Below, piece after piece: positions 27,415-38,344 of a stretch of 60,119 bases of DNA; the stretch's first letter is position 1; every line of letters begins with the position of its first letter. The DNA comes from Pseudomonadota bacterium (GTDB lineage: Bacteria; Pseudomonadota; Gammaproteobacteria; Pseudomonadales; Pseudohongiellaceae), in contig JBEDFR010000123.1 of NCBI GenBank assembly GCA_041175045.1, forward strand, positions 1 through 60,119, given 5' to 3'. A program made the position numbers and the translations under genes. Below the pieces are notes generated by a model that saw only the letters and a list, made by a program, of their open reading frames with translations, was not told the DNA's origin and did no database searches.

Positions 27415-28377
27415 TCAGATCAGTTCGCCCTTCGCCTGCTTGTCGGCGTGATAGGACGAGCGTACCAGCGGACCGCTGGCCACATGAGTGAAGCCCAGCG
27501 CCTCGCCATAAACACGCAGTTCCTCGAATTCGTCCGGGTGCACGAAACGCGCCACGGCCAGGTGATTGCGGCTGGGCTGCAGGTACTGGCCCAGCGTCAC
27601 CATGTCGATATTGTGGGCCTTCATGTCCCGCATCACTTCCATGACTTCTTCCTTGGTTTCGCCAAGCCCCAGCATCAGTCCGGACTTGGTCATCACGCTG
27701 GGCACCCGTTCCTTGTAACGATGCAGCAGCTCCAGGGACCACGCGTAATCAGCCCCCGGACGAGCCTGGCGGTAGAGCCTAGGTACGGTTTCCAGATTGT
27801 GATTGAACACGTGCGGCGGCGTCTTCTCGAGAATATCCAGCGCGATCTCCATGCGGCCGCGGAAATCCGGCACCAGGACTTCGATCTGAATGTCGGGATT
27901 CAGGCGCCGAGTCTCGCTGATGCAGTTGGCAAAGTGCTGTGCCCCACTGTCCTTGAGGTCGTCGCGGTCCACCGAGGTGATCACCACATAACGCAGACGC
28001 ATCTCGGCGATGGCCTCGGCCAGCTCGCGCGGCTCATTCTCGGAGAGCGGCTTGGGCTTGCCGTGGGCCACATCGCAGAACGGACAGCGTCGGGTGCAGA
28101 TCTCGCCCATGATCATGAAGGTGGCGGTGCCATTGCTGAAGCACTCGCCCAGGTTCGGGCAGGAGGCTTCCTCGCACACGGAGGCGAGCTTGTGCTTGCG
28201 CAGCGTGTCCTTGATGTGGGAGATCTGGGGCGAGGCGGGAATCTTGACGCGAATCCAGTCGGGCTTCTTCAGCAGATCCACGGTAGGGATGACCTTCACC
28301 GGAATGCGGGCTACCTTTTCGGCGCCACGCAGCTTCTCACCTTCAATCAGGACATTGCGTCTGGGCTGGTCTGCCAT
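27415..28377 (-). CDS. lipA: lipoyl synthase LipA
   Basis: [13 protein letters not shown] and radical-SAM CTRRCPFC motifs. Confidence 0.95.
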   Translation of the reverse strand: MADQPRRNVLIEGEKLRGAEKVARIPVKVIPTVDLLKKPDWIRVKIPASPQISHIKDTLRKHKLASVCEEASCPNLGECFSNGTATFMIMGEICTRRCPFCDVAHGKPKPLSENEPRELAEAIAEMRLRYVVITSVDRDDLKDSGAQHFANCISETRRLNPDIQIEVLVPDFRGRMEIALDILEKTPPHVFNHNLETVPRLYRQARPGADYAWSLELLHRYKERVPSVMTKSGLMLGLGETKEEVMEVMRDMKAHNIDMVTLGQYLQPSRNHLAVARFVHPDEFEELRVYGEALGFTHVASGPLVRSSYHADKQAKGELI

Positions 28378-28420
28378 TTTCTCTGTCGGTCCTCTGCGGC
28401 TTGCCGCGGTGTGAAATTCT

Positions 28421-29131
28421 TCAGATATACGGTTCAGCGTCTTCCACCAAAGGGTAACCCAGGTGCGCCGCCAGCGCCGCGGTCAGCGCCGTGGCCGTGT
28501 CCTGCAGCAGCGTCGCGCCAGCCTGCCCCGGCGGCAGCACATCGCGCAGCTGGGTCACCGCCATGCCCGCATAGCCACAGGGATTGATGCGGGAAAAAGG
28601 CGCCAGGTCCATGTCGATGTTGACGCTGAGACCATGGTAGGAACAGCCATTGCGGATACGCAAACCGAGGGCGGCGAGTTTAGCACCATTCACGTAGACG
28701 CCGGGAGCCTTTCGCTGGCCCTGTGCCGTGATGCCCCGCTGCGCCAGCACGTCGATCACGCTCTGCTCGATACGCTCGACCAGCTCCCGCACGCCGATGC
28801 CGGCACGGCGCACATCCAGCAGCAGATAGGCCACCAGCTGCCCGGGGCCGTGATAGGTCACCTGCCCGCCACGGTCGATCTGGACTACGGGGATATCGTC
28901 GGTGCGCAGCAGATGTTCCGGCTTGCCGGCCTGGCCCTGGGTGAATACTGGCGTGTGGGTGAGGAGCCAGAGCTCGTCGACGGTCTGCGCCTCGCGCGCG
29001 GCCGTGAAGGCCCGCATGGCGTCCCAGACAGGCACATAGTCGAGGGGAGTGAAGGCTTCGGCGTGGCCGGCAGATTCAGCACCCAACCGGCGCAGACGCC
29101 GCACCCGCAGGACGGCGGCGGGCGCGGTCAT
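28421..29131 (-). CDS. lipB: lipoyl(octanoyl) transferase LipB
   Basis: ...[17 protein letters not shown]...KLAALGLRI...HGLSVN... are LipB motifs. ATGA overlap with the ybeD stop. Confidence 0.9.
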   Translation of the reverse strand: MTAPAAVLRVRRLRRLGAESAGHAEAFTPLDYVPVWDAMRAFTAAREAQTVDELWLLTHTPVFTQGQAGKPEHLLRTDDIPVVQIDRGGQVTYHGPGQLVAYLLLDVRRAGIGVRELVERIEQSVIDVLAQRGITAQGQRKAPGVYVNGAKLAALGLRIRNGCSYHGLSVNIDMDLAPFSRINPCGYAGMAVTQLRDVLPPGQAGATLLQDTATALTAALAAHLGYPLVEDAEPYI

Positions 29132-29397
29132 AACACCATCTTGACGCTCGTGTGCGCCTTGAGGTCCTGGAACATCACGGTGAGCTGTTCCGTGCCAGTG
29201 GCCTCGATCACGATAGTGATAGCGAGGTAATTGCCGTTGGCGCTGGGACGCACACTGATGTGCTCATCCCCCACCTCGGGCGCATGCCGGCGCACCAGGG
29301 CCACCACTTCGTGCTGGAACTGCGGTGTGGCCAGACCCATCACCTTGATGGGGTAGGCACAGGGAAAGGCGATGCGCGGAGCTTCGAGCTCTGTCAT
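29128..29397 (-). CDS. ybeD: YbeD (DUF493) family protein
   Basis: ATG at 29397 (track start 29409 is TTG). [30 protein letters not shown]...[36 protein letters not shown] is colinear with E. coli YbeD. Confidence 0.85.
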   Translation of the reverse strand: MTELEAPRIAFPCAYPIKVMGLATPQFQHEVVALVRRHAPEVGDEHISVRPSANGNYLAITIVIEATGTEQLTVMFQDLKAHTSVKMVL

Positions 29398-29405
29398 GAC
29401 ACCAC

Positions 29406-30665
29406 TCAACTGAACAGACTGGTGAAGAACATCGTCAGCCAGTCCATGAAGCGCTTGAAGAACCCGGCGCGCTCCACGACCTGCAAGGCCGCCACGTCGC
29501 CCTGATAGATGAGCTCTTCGCCAAGCCGGATCTCCACCCTGCCGAGGACCTGACCCTGTGCAATCGGCGCGGTAATGGTCTCTTCGACGCTCAGACTGGC
29601 CTGCAACTGCTCGGCCTGACCACGGGGAATCGTCGCCACCACCTCTTCAGTGATACCCAGGTTCACCACGTCCTCGCGCCCGGACCAGACCCGGGCCTCG
29701 CTGATTGCCTGACCGGCGTCGTAAAGCTTGTGGGTTTCGAAATAACGGAACCCGTAGGTCATCAGTTTCTGACTCTCGGCGGCACGGGCATCCTCGCTGG
29801 CGGTGCCCATGACCACGGAAATCAGGCGCATGCCATCGCGCTCGCCCGAGGCCACCAGGCAATAACCGGCAGCGGTGGTCCAGCCCGTCTTCATGCCATC
29901 GATGGTGCGATCGCGGAACAGCAGCGTGTTGCGATTAGGCTGGGTAATGCCGTTGTAGGTGAACTCGCGCTCGGCGTAGATGCTGTAATGCGCGGGGTGC
30001 TCGAGGATGGTGGCACGCGCCAGGATGGCCAGATCGCGCGCGGACATGATGTTGTAAGCCTCTTCCGTGTCCAGGCCGCTGGCATTCATGAAGTGGCTGT
30101 TGGTCATGCCCAGGCGCTGGGCGTGCTGGTTCATCATGTCGGCAAATGCTTCTTCACTGCCGGCCAGATGCTCGGCCATGGCCACGCTGGCGTCATTGCC
30201 GGACTGGATGATGATGCCGCGCAGGATGTCTTCCACCCGCACCTTGCTGTCGACGTCGACGAACATCTTGGAGCCCTGGGTACGCCAGGCCTTCTCGCTG
30301 ATGTGCACTTCGTCGTCCAGACTCATGTTGCCATTGTCGATTTCCACTTCGGCGATGTAGGCCGTCATGATCTTGGTCAGACTTGCCGGGGGCAACTGGA
30401 CGTCGGCGTTCTGCTCCGCGATCACCTTGCCGGTGACGGCATCCATGAGGATGTAACTGCTGGCCGCGATTTCGGGCGGACGGGGCACTATCTGCGCTGC
30501 GGCGGGTGCGTTGGATGCTGCGTTGCCGGGCACAGGCAACTGGGCACTGACCGGTTGCAGCGTCGTCGCCACCAGGGCCGACGTCAGCAGGACGACACTC
30601 CACAGAACAGTGCCGCGATGGCGTGCAGAGCCGAGCTGGCGTGCGGGGGCTGTGCTGTCTTGCAT
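29406..30665 (-). CDS. D-alanyl-D-alanine carboxypeptidase (PBP5/6 class)
   Basis: SLTKIM (SxxK), SGND (SxN), KTGWT (KTG) and the PBP5 C-terminal domain. Start uncertain: ATG 30665 follows AGGAG; the track start GTG 30722 overlaps the rlpA stop. Confidence 0.85.
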   Translation of the reverse strand: MQDSTAPARQLGSARHRGTVLWSVVLLTSALVATTLQPVSAQLPVPGNAASNAPAAAQIVPRPPEIAASSYILMDAVTGKVIAEQNADVQLPPASLTKIMTAYIAEVEIDNGNMSLDDEVHISEKAWRTQGSKMFVDVDSKVRVEDILRGIIIQSGNDASVAMAEHLAGSEEAFADMMNQHAQRLGMTNSHFMNASGLDTEEAYNIMSARDLAILARATILEHPAHYSIYAEREFTYNGITQPNRNTLLFRDRTIDGMKTGWTTAAGYCLVASGERDGMRLISVVMGTASEDARAAESQKLMTYGFRYFETHKLYDAGQAISEARVWSGREDVVNLGITEEVVATIPRGQAEQLQASLSVEETITAPIAQGQVLGRVEIRLGEELIYQGDVAALQVVERAGFFKRFMDWLTMFFTSLFS

Positions 30666-30718
30666 GGGGGTTTTCTCCTGCGTCATTGCGTTCTCACTCG
30701 GTAATTCACGCTGTTTTT

Positions 30719-31627
30719 TCACTCGCTGACAGTGTAGGGGCTTCCCAGATCAGCGGCAACCACGCTGTCCGTGATGCGGGCAAGCTCTTCAGCATCCGGG
30801 ATCGGGCCCACGCGCACGCGGTGCATGATCTGCTGCGCGCCATTGGTCTCGACGGAGCGGATGAACACCGGACGCGAGGTCATGTTGCGCAGGCGGGCAC
30901 TGAGTTGCTCGGCCGCACGCAGATCGGCGAAGGCGCCGACCTGCAGATACTGATCACCGCGGCTGATGGCAGGCGCCGGCACGGTAGCGGCAATGGGCGC
31001 GGCAGCACTGCGCGTCGGGGCAGGAGCACCGCGGGACACGATGGTCGGCATGATGGCCTCGACTTCCACCATGGCCGTGCCCTTGTTGTGGAAGTCCAGC
31101 ATGTAGGCGGCGGCATAGGAGAGGTCGATGATACGGTCGTTGTGGAAGGGGCCGCGGTCGTTTACGCGCACCACGATGCTCTTGTTGTTTTCCAGATTGG
31201 TGACGCGCAGAAAGCCCGGAATCGGCATGCTCTTGTGCGCGGCGGAAAGCTGGAACATGTCATAGACCTCGCCATTGGAAGTGTCATGACCGTGGAACTT
31301 CTCGCCATACCAGGAGGCGAAGCCGCGCTCGCGATAGCCCTGTTCGCTCGGCATTACCTGATAAGTCCGGCCGTTGACGGTGTAGGGGCTGCGATTGCCG
31401 GCCAGGGTGCGCGGTTCGATGACCGTCTCGACTTCCCGCACCTGAGAAGGGTCGAACGGTGCGGTCGGCCCGCGATCCTGCTGGATGCCGTAGCGACTGG
31501 CTTGGTAGGCATCAGAAGCCGACATGGTCGGGGTACTGCTCTGCGGCGCAGGATTGCTGGCACAGGCCGCCAGCAACAACAGCGCCAGGGCACTGAAGGC
31601 GGATCGCTGCACGGTGTTCAAGGTCAT
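30719..31627 (-). CDS. rlpA: septal ring lytic transglycosylase RlpA (DPBB + SPOR domains)
   Basis: Lipobox LLLAAC. GFASWYGEKFHGHDTSNGEVYDM...VRVNDRGPF is the double-psi beta barrel; C-terminal SPOR-like YLQVGAF...HRVRVGP. Confidence 0.9.
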   Translation of the reverse strand: MTLNTVQRSAFSALALLLLAACASNPAPQSSTPTMSASDAYQASRYGIQQDRGPTAPFDPSQVREVETVIEPRTLAGNRSPYTVNGRTYQVMPSEQGYRERGFASWYGEKFHGHDTSNGEVYDMFQLSAAHKSMPIPGFLRVTNLENNKSIVVRVNDRGPFHNDRIIDLSYAAAYMLDFHNKGTAMVEVEAIMPTIVSRGAPAPTRSAAAPIAATVPAPAISRGDQYLQVGAFADLRAAEQLSARLRNMTSRPVFIRSVETNGAQQIMHRVRVGPIPDAEELARITDSVVAADLGSPYTVSE

Positions 31628-31675
31628 GGGGAAAGGCTCTCCTGAATACTCGATGGGGTCATGGTGCCTGCCGGT

Positions 31676-32827
31676 TCAACGCGGCAGCACGCGCTTGTGT
31701 GTCTGTATGGACATGAGAATGCCGAAGCCGATCAACAGCGTCACGATGGACGTGCCCCCCTTGCTCACCATTGGCAGGGGCAGACCCACCACCGGCATCA
31801 GACCCGACACCATGGCCATGTTCACGAATGCGTAGAAAAAGAAGGTCAGCACGATGCTGCCGGCCAGCAGGCGGCTGAAGGTGTCCTGGGCTGTGAGGGC
31901 GATGTAGAAGCCGCGCCCCAGCACCAGCAGATACAGAAAGATCAGGAACAGCACGCCCAGCAGCCCGAACTCCTCGGCCAGCACGGCCAGGATGAAGTCG
32001 GTATTGCTCTCGGGAATGAAATCGAGCTGGGACTGCGCGCCATTGAGCCAGCCCTTGCCCTGCACGCCGCCGGAACCAATAGCGATCTGTGACTGGATGA
32101 TGTTGTAGCCGGCGCCAGTCGGGTCCCGGTAAGGATCGAAGAACGTCAGGATGCGATTCTTCTGGTGCGGCTGCGCCAGGAAAATGTACCAGGCGGGGGA
32201 AGCCGCCAGCACGGCCGTGATGCCGGCAAACACGATCTTCCAGCTGATGCCGGCGAGCAGGATGGTGAACACACCGGACATGATCACCATCAGCGCCGTG
32301 CCTGTGTCGTTCTGCAGCAGGATCAAGGCCGCCGGCATCAGAATGATCACGCCACACACTATCAGGTCCTTGAACTTTGGTGGCAGAGAACGCGTGGACA
32401 TGTACCAGGCCAGCATCATGGGCACGAGGAACTTCTCCAGCTCCGAGGGCTGAAAGCTGGGCAGGCCGGGCAGATCCAGCCAGGCCTTGGCGCCGTTCAC
32501 CTCGTAGCCCATGGCGAGCACGATGCCAAGCACCAGCAAGCCGCCAACAAACATGAGCGGCGCAGACCGGCGAAAGAAGTCCACCTCGAGCTGGGCGACC
32601 GCGGTCATCACCACGAAAGCCACCCCAATGGCAAACGCCTGACGCTGCACATCCGCCACGTTCTCGCCGCTGGCACTGAACAACACCAGCAGGCCATAGG
32701 CCGCCAGACAGACGAGAGAGATCACCAGAGGCGGATCGACGCGCAGCGACTGCCACAACTCGCCACGGTCGGTATAGAGCTGGAGGAAGCGGTCGCCGAG
32801 TGGTCGACTGGAGCTGCGGGTTGCCAT
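31676..32827 (-). CDS. rodA: rod shape-determining protein RodA (SEDS family)
   Basis: 10-TM FtsW/RodA/SpoVE pattern ...LDLPGLPSFQPSELEKF..., GTALMV..., DFILAVLAEEFGLLG..., PVVGLPLPMVSKGGTS. Confidence 0.9.
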   Translation of the reverse strand: MATRSSSRPLGDRFLQLYTDRGELWQSLRVDPPLVISLVCLAAYGLLVLFSASGENVADVQRQAFAIGVAFVVMTAVAQLEVDFFRRSAPLMFVGGLLVLGIVLAMGYEVNGAKAWLDLPGLPSFQPSELEKFLVPMMLAWYMSTRSLPPKFKDLIVCGVIILMPAALILLQNDTGTALMVIMSGVFTILLAGISWKIVFAGITAVLAASPAWYIFLAQPHQKNRILTFFDPYRDPTGAGYNIIQSQIAIGSGGVQGKGWLNGAQSQLDFIPESNTDFILAVLAEEFGLLGVLFLIFLYLLVLGRGFYIALTAQDTFSRLLAGSIVLTFFFYAFVNMAMVSGLMPVVGLPLPMVSKGGTSIVTLLIGFGILMSIQTHKRVLPR

Positions 32828-32882
32828 CGAGATTCAAGCCTTCCTGAAGTGTTTCTGCCTCGCCGGACTGAGGCGACGCGGT

Positions 32883-34865
32883 TCAATGGTCATGGTCATG
32901 ATCAAGTTCATCAGAGGCGTCATAGCCGGCCAGCGAGACTTCCGGGGAGTGTTCGCCCTCCGGCAGCAGATAGGCGTCAAGCACCTGGCGGGCCACGGGG
33001 AACGCAACACTGCCGCCGCCGCCGCCGTTCTCGACGAAGACCGCCACGGCAATGCGGGACTTTTCCGAGGCATCGAACGCAATGAACATCGCGTGGGTGC
33101 GGAAGCGTTCGTCCACTTCCGATTCGTCACGGTTGCCCGCACTGTCGACGCGAAACTCCACCACCTGTGCCGTGCCGGACTTGCCACCCATGGGGTATGA
33201 CAGTGGTCGGCCGCTGTCGCGCAGCACCGGGTAGGCAGAACCTTCGTGGCGGCGCGCGTTCGGGTCATGGGGCTTGTTGACGACGTCAACCATGGCATTG
33301 CGCACCAGCTCGATCTGCTCCCGGGAGGGCAACAACTGACGCGACGCAGCAGTGTCCTCGAAAATCACATCGGTGATCTCCCCGTCGGTGCCGACAGTCC
33401 CCTTGAGCATGCGCGGCTGCCTGATCACGCCATGATTGGCAATGGCGGCGGCGGCCGAGGCCATCTGCAGAGTCGTGGCCTGGAAGATGCCATTGCCGAT
33501 GCCCTCGTATGGCGTTTCACCGGCATACCACGGCTCACCACGATTCTCGCGTTTCCAGGCCTCCGAGGGCACGATACCAACGCTGGCTTCCGGAATATCG
33601 ATCGCGAGGTTCTGCCCGAAGCCGAAGGTCAGGAGATAGTCGTGGATCCTGTCGATCCCCAGGTCCAGGGCCAGCTGGTAGAAATAGGTGTTGCAGGACT
33701 GATAGATGGCGCGGCGCAAATCGATGGCCCCGTGACCGCTCTTGTCCACCCACCAGGTCCAGTCGTAGTAGGGCCGCGAACGACCCTGCAGAAGGAAGTA
33801 GCCCGGATCGCCGATGACTGTTTCCGGTGTGATGGTCCCGTTGTAGAGGCCGGCCAGCCCGATGAAGGGCTTGATGGTGGAACCGGGCACACGCGAAGCG
33901 ATGGCGCGATTGAACAGTGGCGTGTGGCCGGAGCGGTTCAACTCGGCAAGCTGATCGCGGCTGATGCCTGTCACAAATAAATTGGGGTCGTAGCCAGGCC
34001 TGCTTACCATGGCCAGCACGCCACCCGTGGACGGATCGATGGCAACGACAGCGCCACGTCGCTCACCCAGCGCACGCTCGGCCGCTGCCTGCAGACGGCT
34101 GTCCAGATGCAGCACGATGTCGCGTCCCGGCAATGGGTCGGTGCGGTCGAGCACTCGCATCACCTGGCCACGATTGTTTTTCTCGACGGTTTCGTAGCCG
34201 ACCGTGCCATGCAGCATGTCTTCGTAGGTCTTCTCGATCCCCGTCTTGCCGATCTGATGCGTGCCGCGATAATTGGCCGCCTCTTCCGGCGTCATCGCCT
34301 CGAGTTCTTCCTTGTTGATCTCCGAGACGTAGCCAATCGCATGCGCGGACATTTCGGCGAAGGGGTAATGTCGCACCAGCTGCGCCTCGACTGCGAAGCC
34401 CGGCAGCAAGTGCTGATTCACCGCGATGGCAGCGATCTCCTCCTCGCTCAGCTGGTAGCGCAGCGGCACGGAGGTATGCGGCACCGCCCGTCGACTCTGA
34501 CGCGTGCGGTACTGCTGAATGTCGTCATCCGTGAGATTGATGACCGATCGCAACAGATCGAGCGAGACATCCAGATTGGTGGCCGTTTCGCGCACCACCG
34601 TGAGGTTGAAGATGGGACGGTTCTCGGCCAGCAGCACACCGTTGCGATCGTAGATCAGACCGCGGTTGGGAGAGACGTACTGGGAATGCAGGCGATTGCC
34701 GTCGGAACGTGCGGCGAAGTATTCGTAGCGGTAGATCTGCAGATAGGCCATCCAGGCAGCCAGTGTCCCGAGCAGCAGCAGAACGATCACACCAGCGACG
34801 ATCATGCGCCTGTTGAATATCAGGGTCTCGCGCTCATGATCATTCAGCTTGAATTTTTCTGCCAT
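32883..34865 (-). CDS. mrdA: penicillin-binding protein 2 (MrdA)
   Basis: 660 aa. N-terminal TM, PBP dimerisation domain, transpeptidase motifs STIKPF (SxxK) and KSGTAQ (KSG). Confidence 0.95.
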   Translation of the reverse strand: MAEKFKLNDHERETLIFNRRMIVAGVIVLLLLGTLAAWMAYLQIYRYEYFAARSDGNRLHSQYVSPNRGLIYDRNGVLLAENRPIFNLTVVRETATNLDVSLDLLRSVINLTDDDIQQYRTRQSRRAVPHTSVPLRYQLSEEEIAAIAVNQHLLPGFAVEAQLVRHYPFAEMSAHAIGYVSEINKEELEAMTPEEAANYRGTHQIGKTGIEKTYEDMLHGTVGYETVEKNNRGQVMRVLDRTDPLPGRDIVLHLDSRLQAAAERALGERRGAVVAIDPSTGGVLAMVSRPGYDPNLFVTGISRDQLAELNRSGHTPLFNRAIASRVPGSTIKPFIGLAGLYNGTITPETVIGDPGYFLLQGRSRPYYDWTWWVDKSGHGAIDLRRAIYQSCNTYFYQLALDLGIDRIHDYLLTFGFGQNLAIDIPEASVGIVPSEAWKRENRGEPWYAGETPYEGIGNGIFQATTLQMASAAAAIANHGVIRQPRMLKGTVGTDGEITDVIFEDTAASRQLLPSREQIELVRNAMVDVVNKPHDPNARRHEGSAYPVLRDSGRPLSYPMGGKSGTAQVVEFRVDSAGNRDESEVDERFRTHAMFIAFDASEKSRIAVAVFVENGGGGGSVAFPVARQVLDAYLLPEGEHSPEVSLAGYDASDELDHDHDH

Positions 34866-34948
34866 GGTCCCTTCTGTGTCTTGACGGCTTTTGCTGTGAG
34901 ACAGGCGATTCGCGATAAAGTTTTGTCAGTGCCGCCAATCAATCTGTC

Positions 34949-35419
34949 TCAGGCCCGGTGATAGGGATGCGCATTCAGCACTGTCCATGCCCGGTACACC
35001 TGTTCAGCGACGACGATTCTAACCAATGGGTGTGGCAAAGTTAACGCCGAGAGAGACCATTTTTCGTCAGCACGCTGCAGACAAGCCTCTCCCAGTCCGT
35101 CCGGCCCGCCCACCAGCAGCACGATGTTGCGACCATCACGCCGGAGCGCATCGAGTCGCTGCGCGAGTGCCTCTGTGGACAGTCGCAGTCCGGTAACCTC
35201 AAGCGCAATCACATGCTCGTGCGGGCGCACTCGGGAAAGCAGAGCCTCGGCCTCCTTGCGCACGGCCTGCTCGACATCCTGCCCCTTGCCACGCCGCGCC
35301 AGCGGCACATCGCTCAACTGCAGGGAAAACTCGGCCGGCAGGCGTTTGGTGTACTCGGCCACTCCCGCATCCACCCAGGCCGGCATGCGACTGCCGACGC
35401 TAAGCAGGCTGATCTTCAT
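34949..35419 (-). CDS. rlmH: 23S rRNA (pseudouridine1915-N3)-methyltransferase RlmH
   Basis: ATG at 35419. MKISLLSVGSRMPAWVDAGVAEYTKRL...GGPDGL...LSLSALTLPHPLVRI... is the SPOUT RlmH pattern. Confidence 0.9.
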   Translation of the reverse strand: MKISLLSVGSRMPAWVDAGVAEYTKRLPAEFSLQLSDVPLARRGKGQDVEQAVRKEAEALLSRVRPHEHVIALEVTGLRLSTEALAQRLDALRRDGRNIVLLVGGPDGLGEACLQRADEKWSLSALTLPHPLVRIVVAEQVYRAWTVLNAHPYHRA

Positions 35420-35777
35420 CCGCGCCCATCTTGCGTGCTGACCTTGCCGCGCTGGAATCAAAATTCCACAAATCCTCAAGACGGTAGAGCGTACGTGTGC
35501 GCGCCAGCATGGCATGGACGATCACCGCTCCGAGATCCACCAGAATCCACTCCGCCTGCAGGCGTCCTTCTTCTCCCATCACACTCTGACCCGCCTCCCT
35601 GGCGCGCTTGCTGACCTCATCGGCCAGCGAACGCAGGTGAGTGGTCGAAGTGCCAGTGACAATGATCATGTAGTCGGCGATGGGCGTCAGCTTCTGCACG
35701 TTCAGGCAGACGATGTCCTGCCCCTTCATTTCCTCGAGCGCATGGACAGCCAGCGCCGACAGTTTCTGTGTATTCAA
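35400..35777 (-). CDS. rsfS: ribosome silencing factor RsfS
   Basis: ALEEMKGQDIVCLNV...IADYMIIVTGTSTTHLRSLADEV...WILVDLGAVIVHAM...R..Y.LE.LW. Confidence 0.9.
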   Translation of the reverse strand: MNTQKLSALAVHALEEMKGQDIVCLNVQKLTPIADYMIIVTGTSTTHLRSLADEVSKRAREAGQSVMGEEGRLQAEWILVDLGAVIVHAMLARTRTLYRLEDLWNFDSSAARSARKMGADEDQPA

Positions 35778-35805
35778 GCCGGGTCATTCCTCATGGTTGC
35801 GGGAG

Positions 35806-36465
35806 TCAGGCGGCGCCCGCTCCGATGTCGGTATAGAGTCCGTGCACAGCGATATAATCCTGCACACAGGGTGGCAGCAACGCGGCTGTATCACGCCGCG
35901 CAAGCAGGGCCTCGCGCACGGCGGTGGACGAAATGTTCCGCTGCATGTTCGTGCTGCGCAGCACGGCACCGCAGGAGTGCTCGAACAAATCCTGAACGCG
36001 GTCGACCTGGCACCTGTCGAGCAACGCCAGCAAAGTCTTCGACAACTCGACGGGAATGTCAGGCCGACTGACTACCAGCACATTCGCCAGTTCGAGAATC
36101 TGCTGCCAGTGATGCCAACGCTCGAAGCCCGCGAAAGCATCCTCGCCCAGCACCAGCACCAGTGTCGCTGTGGGAAACTGCGCGCGCAGCGAGTGCAGCG
36201 TGTCGACGGTGTAGGAAGTCTCCTGACGCCGACATTCGCGATCGTCCACCACGATGCGCGGATCTCCCTGCGTGGACAGACTCAACATCGTCAGTCGTGC
36301 CTGTGTTGAGGCGGCAGCCGGTGCGCGATGAGTGGGCAGATGACAAGGCACCATGCGCAACTCATCCAGCGCAAGTTCTTCGAGCGCGACCCGGGCAAGC
36401 TCCAGATGACCCAGATGAACCGGGTCGAACATGCCCCCCAGTACTCCGATACGGCGCGCGCTCAT
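35806..36465 (-). CDS. nadD: nicotinate-nucleotide adenylyltransferase NadD
   Basis: ATG at 36465. IGVLGGMFDPVHLGHL (the (H/T)xGH motif) and ISSTAVR. Confidence 0.9.
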   Translation of the reverse strand: MSARRIGVLGGMFDPVHLGHLELARVALEELALDELRMVPCHLPTHRAPAAASTQARLTMLSLSTQGDPRIVVDDRECRRQETSYTVDTLHSLRAQFPTATLVLVLGEDAFAGFERWHHWQQILELANVLVVSRPDIPVELSKTLLALLDRCQVDRVQDLFEHSCGAVLRSTNMQRNISSTAVREALLARRDTAALLPPCVQDYIAVHGLYTDIGAGAA

Positions 36466-36466
36466 G

Positions 36467-37753
36467 TCATTCCCTGATCTGGCCATCGCCCAGCACAATG
36501 TATTTCTGGGAGGTCAGACCCTCCAGCCCTACCGGGCCGCGAGCATGCAACTTGTCGGTGGAGATGCCAATCTCGGCGCCGAGGCCGTACTCGAAGCCAT
36601 CGGCGAAGCGCGTGGAGGCATTCACCATCACGGAACTGGAGTCCACTTCACGCAGGAAGCGCTGCGCCCGAGAGTAGTCCTCTGTCACGATGGCCTCTGT
36701 GTGTGCCGAACTGTAGCGGGCGATGTGCGCGATGGCCTCGTCCATGTCGGCCACCACCTTGACGGCGAGAATGGGTGCCAGGTATTCCGTAAGCCAGTCC
36801 AGCTCCACCGCACGCGTGATGTCAGGGAGCACGGCACAGGTGCGCTCGCAGCCGCGCAGCTCGACGCCGGCGCGGGCATAGGCGTCGCCGAGTTGCGGCA
36901 ACACCTGTGCCGCGATGCCCTGGGCGATGAGCAGGGTTTCCATGGTATTGCAGGTGCCGTAGCGATGCGTCTTGGCATTGATGGCGATGCGCAGCGCCTT
37001 GTCGATGTCGGCCTTGTCGTCAATGTAGACATGGCAGTTGCCATCCAGGTGCTTGATCACTGGCACGCGAGCATCGGCACTGATGCGCTCGATCAGTGAC
37101 TTGCCGCCACGCGGCACGATCACATCGACGAACTCAGGCATCGTGATCAACCGCCCCACGGCAGCGCGATCCGTTGTGGCCACCACCTGGACCGCGTGTT
37201 CCGTAATGCCAGCGGCACGCAGCCCCTGCGCGATGCAACGGGCCAGCGCCTGGTTGGAATGCAGGGCCTCTGAGCCTCCGCGCAGGATCACGGCGTTGCC
37301 GGATTTCAGGCAGAGACTCGCCGCCTCGCAGGTGACATTGGGTCGCGACTCGTAAATGATGCCGACCACGCCCAGCGGCACGCGCATCTTGCCCACTTGA
37401 ATGCCGGAAGGGCGAAAGCGCAGATCGGTGATGGCGCCCACCGGGTCTTCCAGTGCGGCCACCTGCAGCAAGCCTTCGATCATGCCGTCGATGCGCGACG
37501 CAGTAAGAGCGAGCCGATCGAGCATGGCCGCATCGAGGCCTTTCTCACGTCCTGCTGCCAGATCCAGTGCATTGGCATGGGCGATATCCTCACGCCTGGC
37601 GGTCACGGAATCGGCCATGGCGCGCAGGGCCGCGTTCTTTTGCGCCGTGCCGGCACGGGCCGTGTCACGCGCCGCCGCGCGCGCCTGACGTCCGAGTGAC
37701 GTCATGTAGTGATCGATGTCGATGGTGGCCGCCACTGCGCTAGTGCCCGTCAT
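36467..37753 (-). CDS. proA: gamma-glutamyl phosphate reductase ProA
   Basis: ATG at 37753. ...IYESRPNVT...[12 protein letters not shown]...CNTMETLL...[27 protein letters not shown]. Confidence 0.95.
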   Translation of the reverse strand: MTGTSAVAATIDIDHYMTSLGRQARAAARDTARAGTAQKNAALRAMADSVTARREDIAHANALDLAAGREKGLDAAMLDRLALTASRIDGMIEGLLQVAALEDPVGAITDLRFRPSGIQVGKMRVPLGVVGIIYESRPNVTCEAASLCLKSGNAVILRGGSEALHSNQALARCIAQGLRAAGITEHAVQVVATTDRAAVGRLITMPEFVDVIVPRGGKSLIERISADARVPVIKHLDGNCHVYIDDKADIDKALRIAINAKTHRYGTCNTMETLLIAQGIAAQVLPQLGDAYARAGVELRGCERTCAVLPDITRAVELDWLTEYLAPILAVKVVADMDEAIAHIARYSSAHTEAIVTEDYSRAQRFLREVDSSSVMVNASTRFADGFEYGLGAEIGISTDKLHARGPVGLEGLTSQKYIVLGDGQIRE

Positions 37754-37784
37754 TGCCAAACCCGCCTGCAGGAAAAGTGGCGCA

Positions 37785-38006
37785 TTATAGCCCTGCGGCC
37801 TGCTGTGGAACAAAGCATGCCTCCCGGATTGCCAGAATATCGTTTGGCAGACTCGATTCGCCCCGATAGGGCCGCATGCACCAGGACTTGCGTTCGTCGT
37901 TGGGGTGCTTGCGCCAGGCATGATGAAGCAGCGTCATGGCAACGATCAGGGGCACCTGCCCCAGCAGACCACTGCTGATCCGCGCGGGTTGCGTCTGCCG
38001 CGCCAT
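37785..38006 (-). CDS. small hypothetical membrane protein (73 aa)
   Basis: The ATG at 38006 overlaps the stop of the upstream ORF (TGATG). [40 protein letters not shown]... has one predicted TM helix; third-position G/C is high. No family recognised. Confidence 0.35.
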   Translation of the reverse strand: MARQTQPARISSGLLGQVPLIVAMTLLHHAWRKHPNDERKSWCMRPYRGESSLPNDILAIREACFVPQQAAGL

Positions 38007-38305
38007 CAATGCACCGTCGCCTGCGATCCGGATGCTTCGGCGGTGTCGGAATGTCGGGCAATGATGCGATCGACCTCGGCGCGAAAGGAAGGCGAGTAGT
38101 TCATGCGGGTGGCAAGCCAGGCATCCCGATTGGCTTTGACACGCATCACGGAGATCCAGCGATTGATGCGCGGTTCGAATTCATCCCGATCGAACAAGCC
38201 TTGTTCGAACTGATAATGGGAGTTCTCCCACTCACGCCACACTCCAGCCAGGAAATAGGCGTGCTGCAAGGCTTCACCCGGTGTCACCGGCTCCCCCGCA
38301 TGCAC
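38006..38305 (-). CDS. hypothetical protein (99 aa from GTG; start uncertain)
   Basis: ...ALQHAYFLAGVWREWENSHYQFEQGLFDRDEFEPRINRWISVMRVKANRDAWLATRMNYSPSFRAEVDRIIARH. Coding-like composition. Same reading frame as the upstream GIY-YIG ORF, separated by one TGA and 13 sense codons. Confidence 0.45.
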   Translation of the reverse strand: MHAGEPVTPGEALQHAYFLAGVWREWENSHYQFEQGLFDRDEFEPRINRWISVMRVKANRDAWLATRMNYSPSFRAEVDRIIARHSDTAEASGSQATVH

Positions 38306-38344
38306 CTTCTGATGACGGCGATACTGGCGGACAGGTTCATCCAG

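Noticed and set aside
31659-32837. 392-aa minus-strand ORF
   Set aside because: It is an off-frame overlap with rodA. The rodA frame (31676..32827) shows the SEDS membrane-protein pattern, while this frame is Arg/Gly/His/Pro-rich.
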